Assembly: GCA_020536535.1 (NCBI GenBank)
Contig: JAHLWZ010000171.1
Coordinates: forward strand, 156,288-220,287
Source: Pelomyxa schiedti
Taxonomy: Eukaryota > Protista > Evosea
Reading direction: 5' to 3'
Length of the DNA: 64,000 nt
The position numbers were made by a program, and so were the translations under genes. The notes beneath the pieces are model-generated. The model did no database searches. It was not told the DNA's origin and was given only the letters and a program-made list of their open reading frames with translations. Shown piece after piece: positions 62,095 to 64,000 of the stretch (the stretch's first letter is position 1; each line of letters begins with the position of its first letter).

Positions 62095-63210
62095 ATTTAT
62101 GGTACTCTTTGCCAGTTGTTGCATGTAAAGAAAAATACAAAGACTCTCACTTTATGCCTCCACCTCATTCCCATTCATTCCCATTGATGATAGTTACTGT
62201 GATCCTGGATTCTGAGCCACTCTCAGACTTGTTATGACAAGAAAGGGGCCTGGCTTCTGCCATGGACTGGGAAAGCCAAGGCAGGATGTGGGAGTACATT
62301 CTTGGCTCCCTATCCTTACCACTCAAACAGTTGTGGCTGCTATTTGTTTGCTCTTCACTGAGGCATTCCCTTGTTTCTGTTACAAAATCTTGCCATCACT
62401 GTGCCATTCTCTCTGAAAAGCACACAGTGTGTGTCAATGAGGCAGGACTGGTGGTGCTACACAAGTTTGGTCGAATCAAACATCAATGGAATTGTTCTCC
62501 TAAAAAGAAAGTTGGTGAAATGCCGTGCTGCCACAGCGTACGAACCTCCTTTTTGTACGCCCATTACAAATTCTTCACGTGAAGAATTGTTGGAAACTGC
62601 ATGGCACCCACAACCTTGTCACACTCCAAATGGTCTGATGATCCCCTTGGGAAGACGTAGCACACCCAAAAGGTCCCACTTCCCAAAATAGCACCCACAC
62701 ATGCTGGCACACTCTCCCATGCCACATGGCCATCCTCATCCACCTTGGCACTGCCTCCAATGTGTTCTAAGTTGCCAGCACCGTTTCTCACGCACCCAAC
62801 ACGGCTCCCACCACATCATAGGAATGCCAGTACCTCCACCACACCTCCTACTCCTTCTGCCAGCACCACCAAAACCACACCACCAGCCCCTCCCCTTTGC
62901 CGCGTCTCTTCCGGCCGCTTTTGTTCCCCTGCCGCCGCCGCCTGTCCTTCCTTTGCCTTTGGTTTTGCTGCCTTTCGCTTCCGTTCCCTGTTCCCCACTC
63001 CGTTTCGACCCTTCTACGCTTGCTTTCTCCCTTGTGCCCCTTTCGCCTCACCCCGGACGCCCTGCCTGCGTCCTATCCTTTCCGTTACCCCGCTCCCCGC
63101 TGCCGCTGTTCCTCTGGCTTCCCCTTCCTTTTCGTTCCCGCCGCCCGCCGCCACTTTCGTCCGGCTTCTGCCCTTGTCGCGCGACTTTTGCCCCTACTTT
63201 GCTGGCCTGC

Positions 63211-63310
63211 NNNNNNNNNNNNNNNNNNNNNNNNNNNNNNNNNNNNNNNNNNNNNNNNNNNNNNNNNNNNNNNNNNNNNNNNNNNNNNNNNNNNNNNNNN
63301 NNNNNNNNNN
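63211..63310. other. Assembly gap (100 N)
   Basis: Run of exactly 100 N, typical of a scaffolding placeholder. Confidence 0.99.

Positions 63311-64000
<690 letters not shown>

Overview
Gene-dense, intron-rich eukaryotic DNA: about 28 protein-coding genes, short (~40-60 nt) introns and very short intergenic spacers, so the six-frame ORF track is mostly exon fragments and antisense shadows. The gene content (bacterial-type class II aldolase, an Entamoeba-TMK-type receptor kinase, IPT/TIG arrays, amoebozoan-like actin) suggests an amoebozoan, probably a free-living archamoeba such as Pelomyxa or Mastigamoeba; this is inference. I found no rRNA, tRNA, CRISPR array or transposon. All gene models were spliced by eye and several ends are approximate. 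The clearest novelty is a 76-aa ubiquitin/FUBI-like domain ending LLGG fused in frame to LSm4, which has lost its own start codon. Other unusual architectures: a ~28-repeat IPT/TIG receptor kinase with roughly one exon per repeat; a candidate p53/CudA-like Zn-binding transcription factor; a CH1-CH2 actin-binding domain split by ~530 disordered residues; an LRR-Ras fusion with altered G1/G4 motifs; a GNAT plus APH-like kinase fusion; a long ER/K helix fused to a myosin-light-chain-like domain; a pseudokinase-RING; and a non-canonical CDC123/R2K ATP-grasp enzyme.
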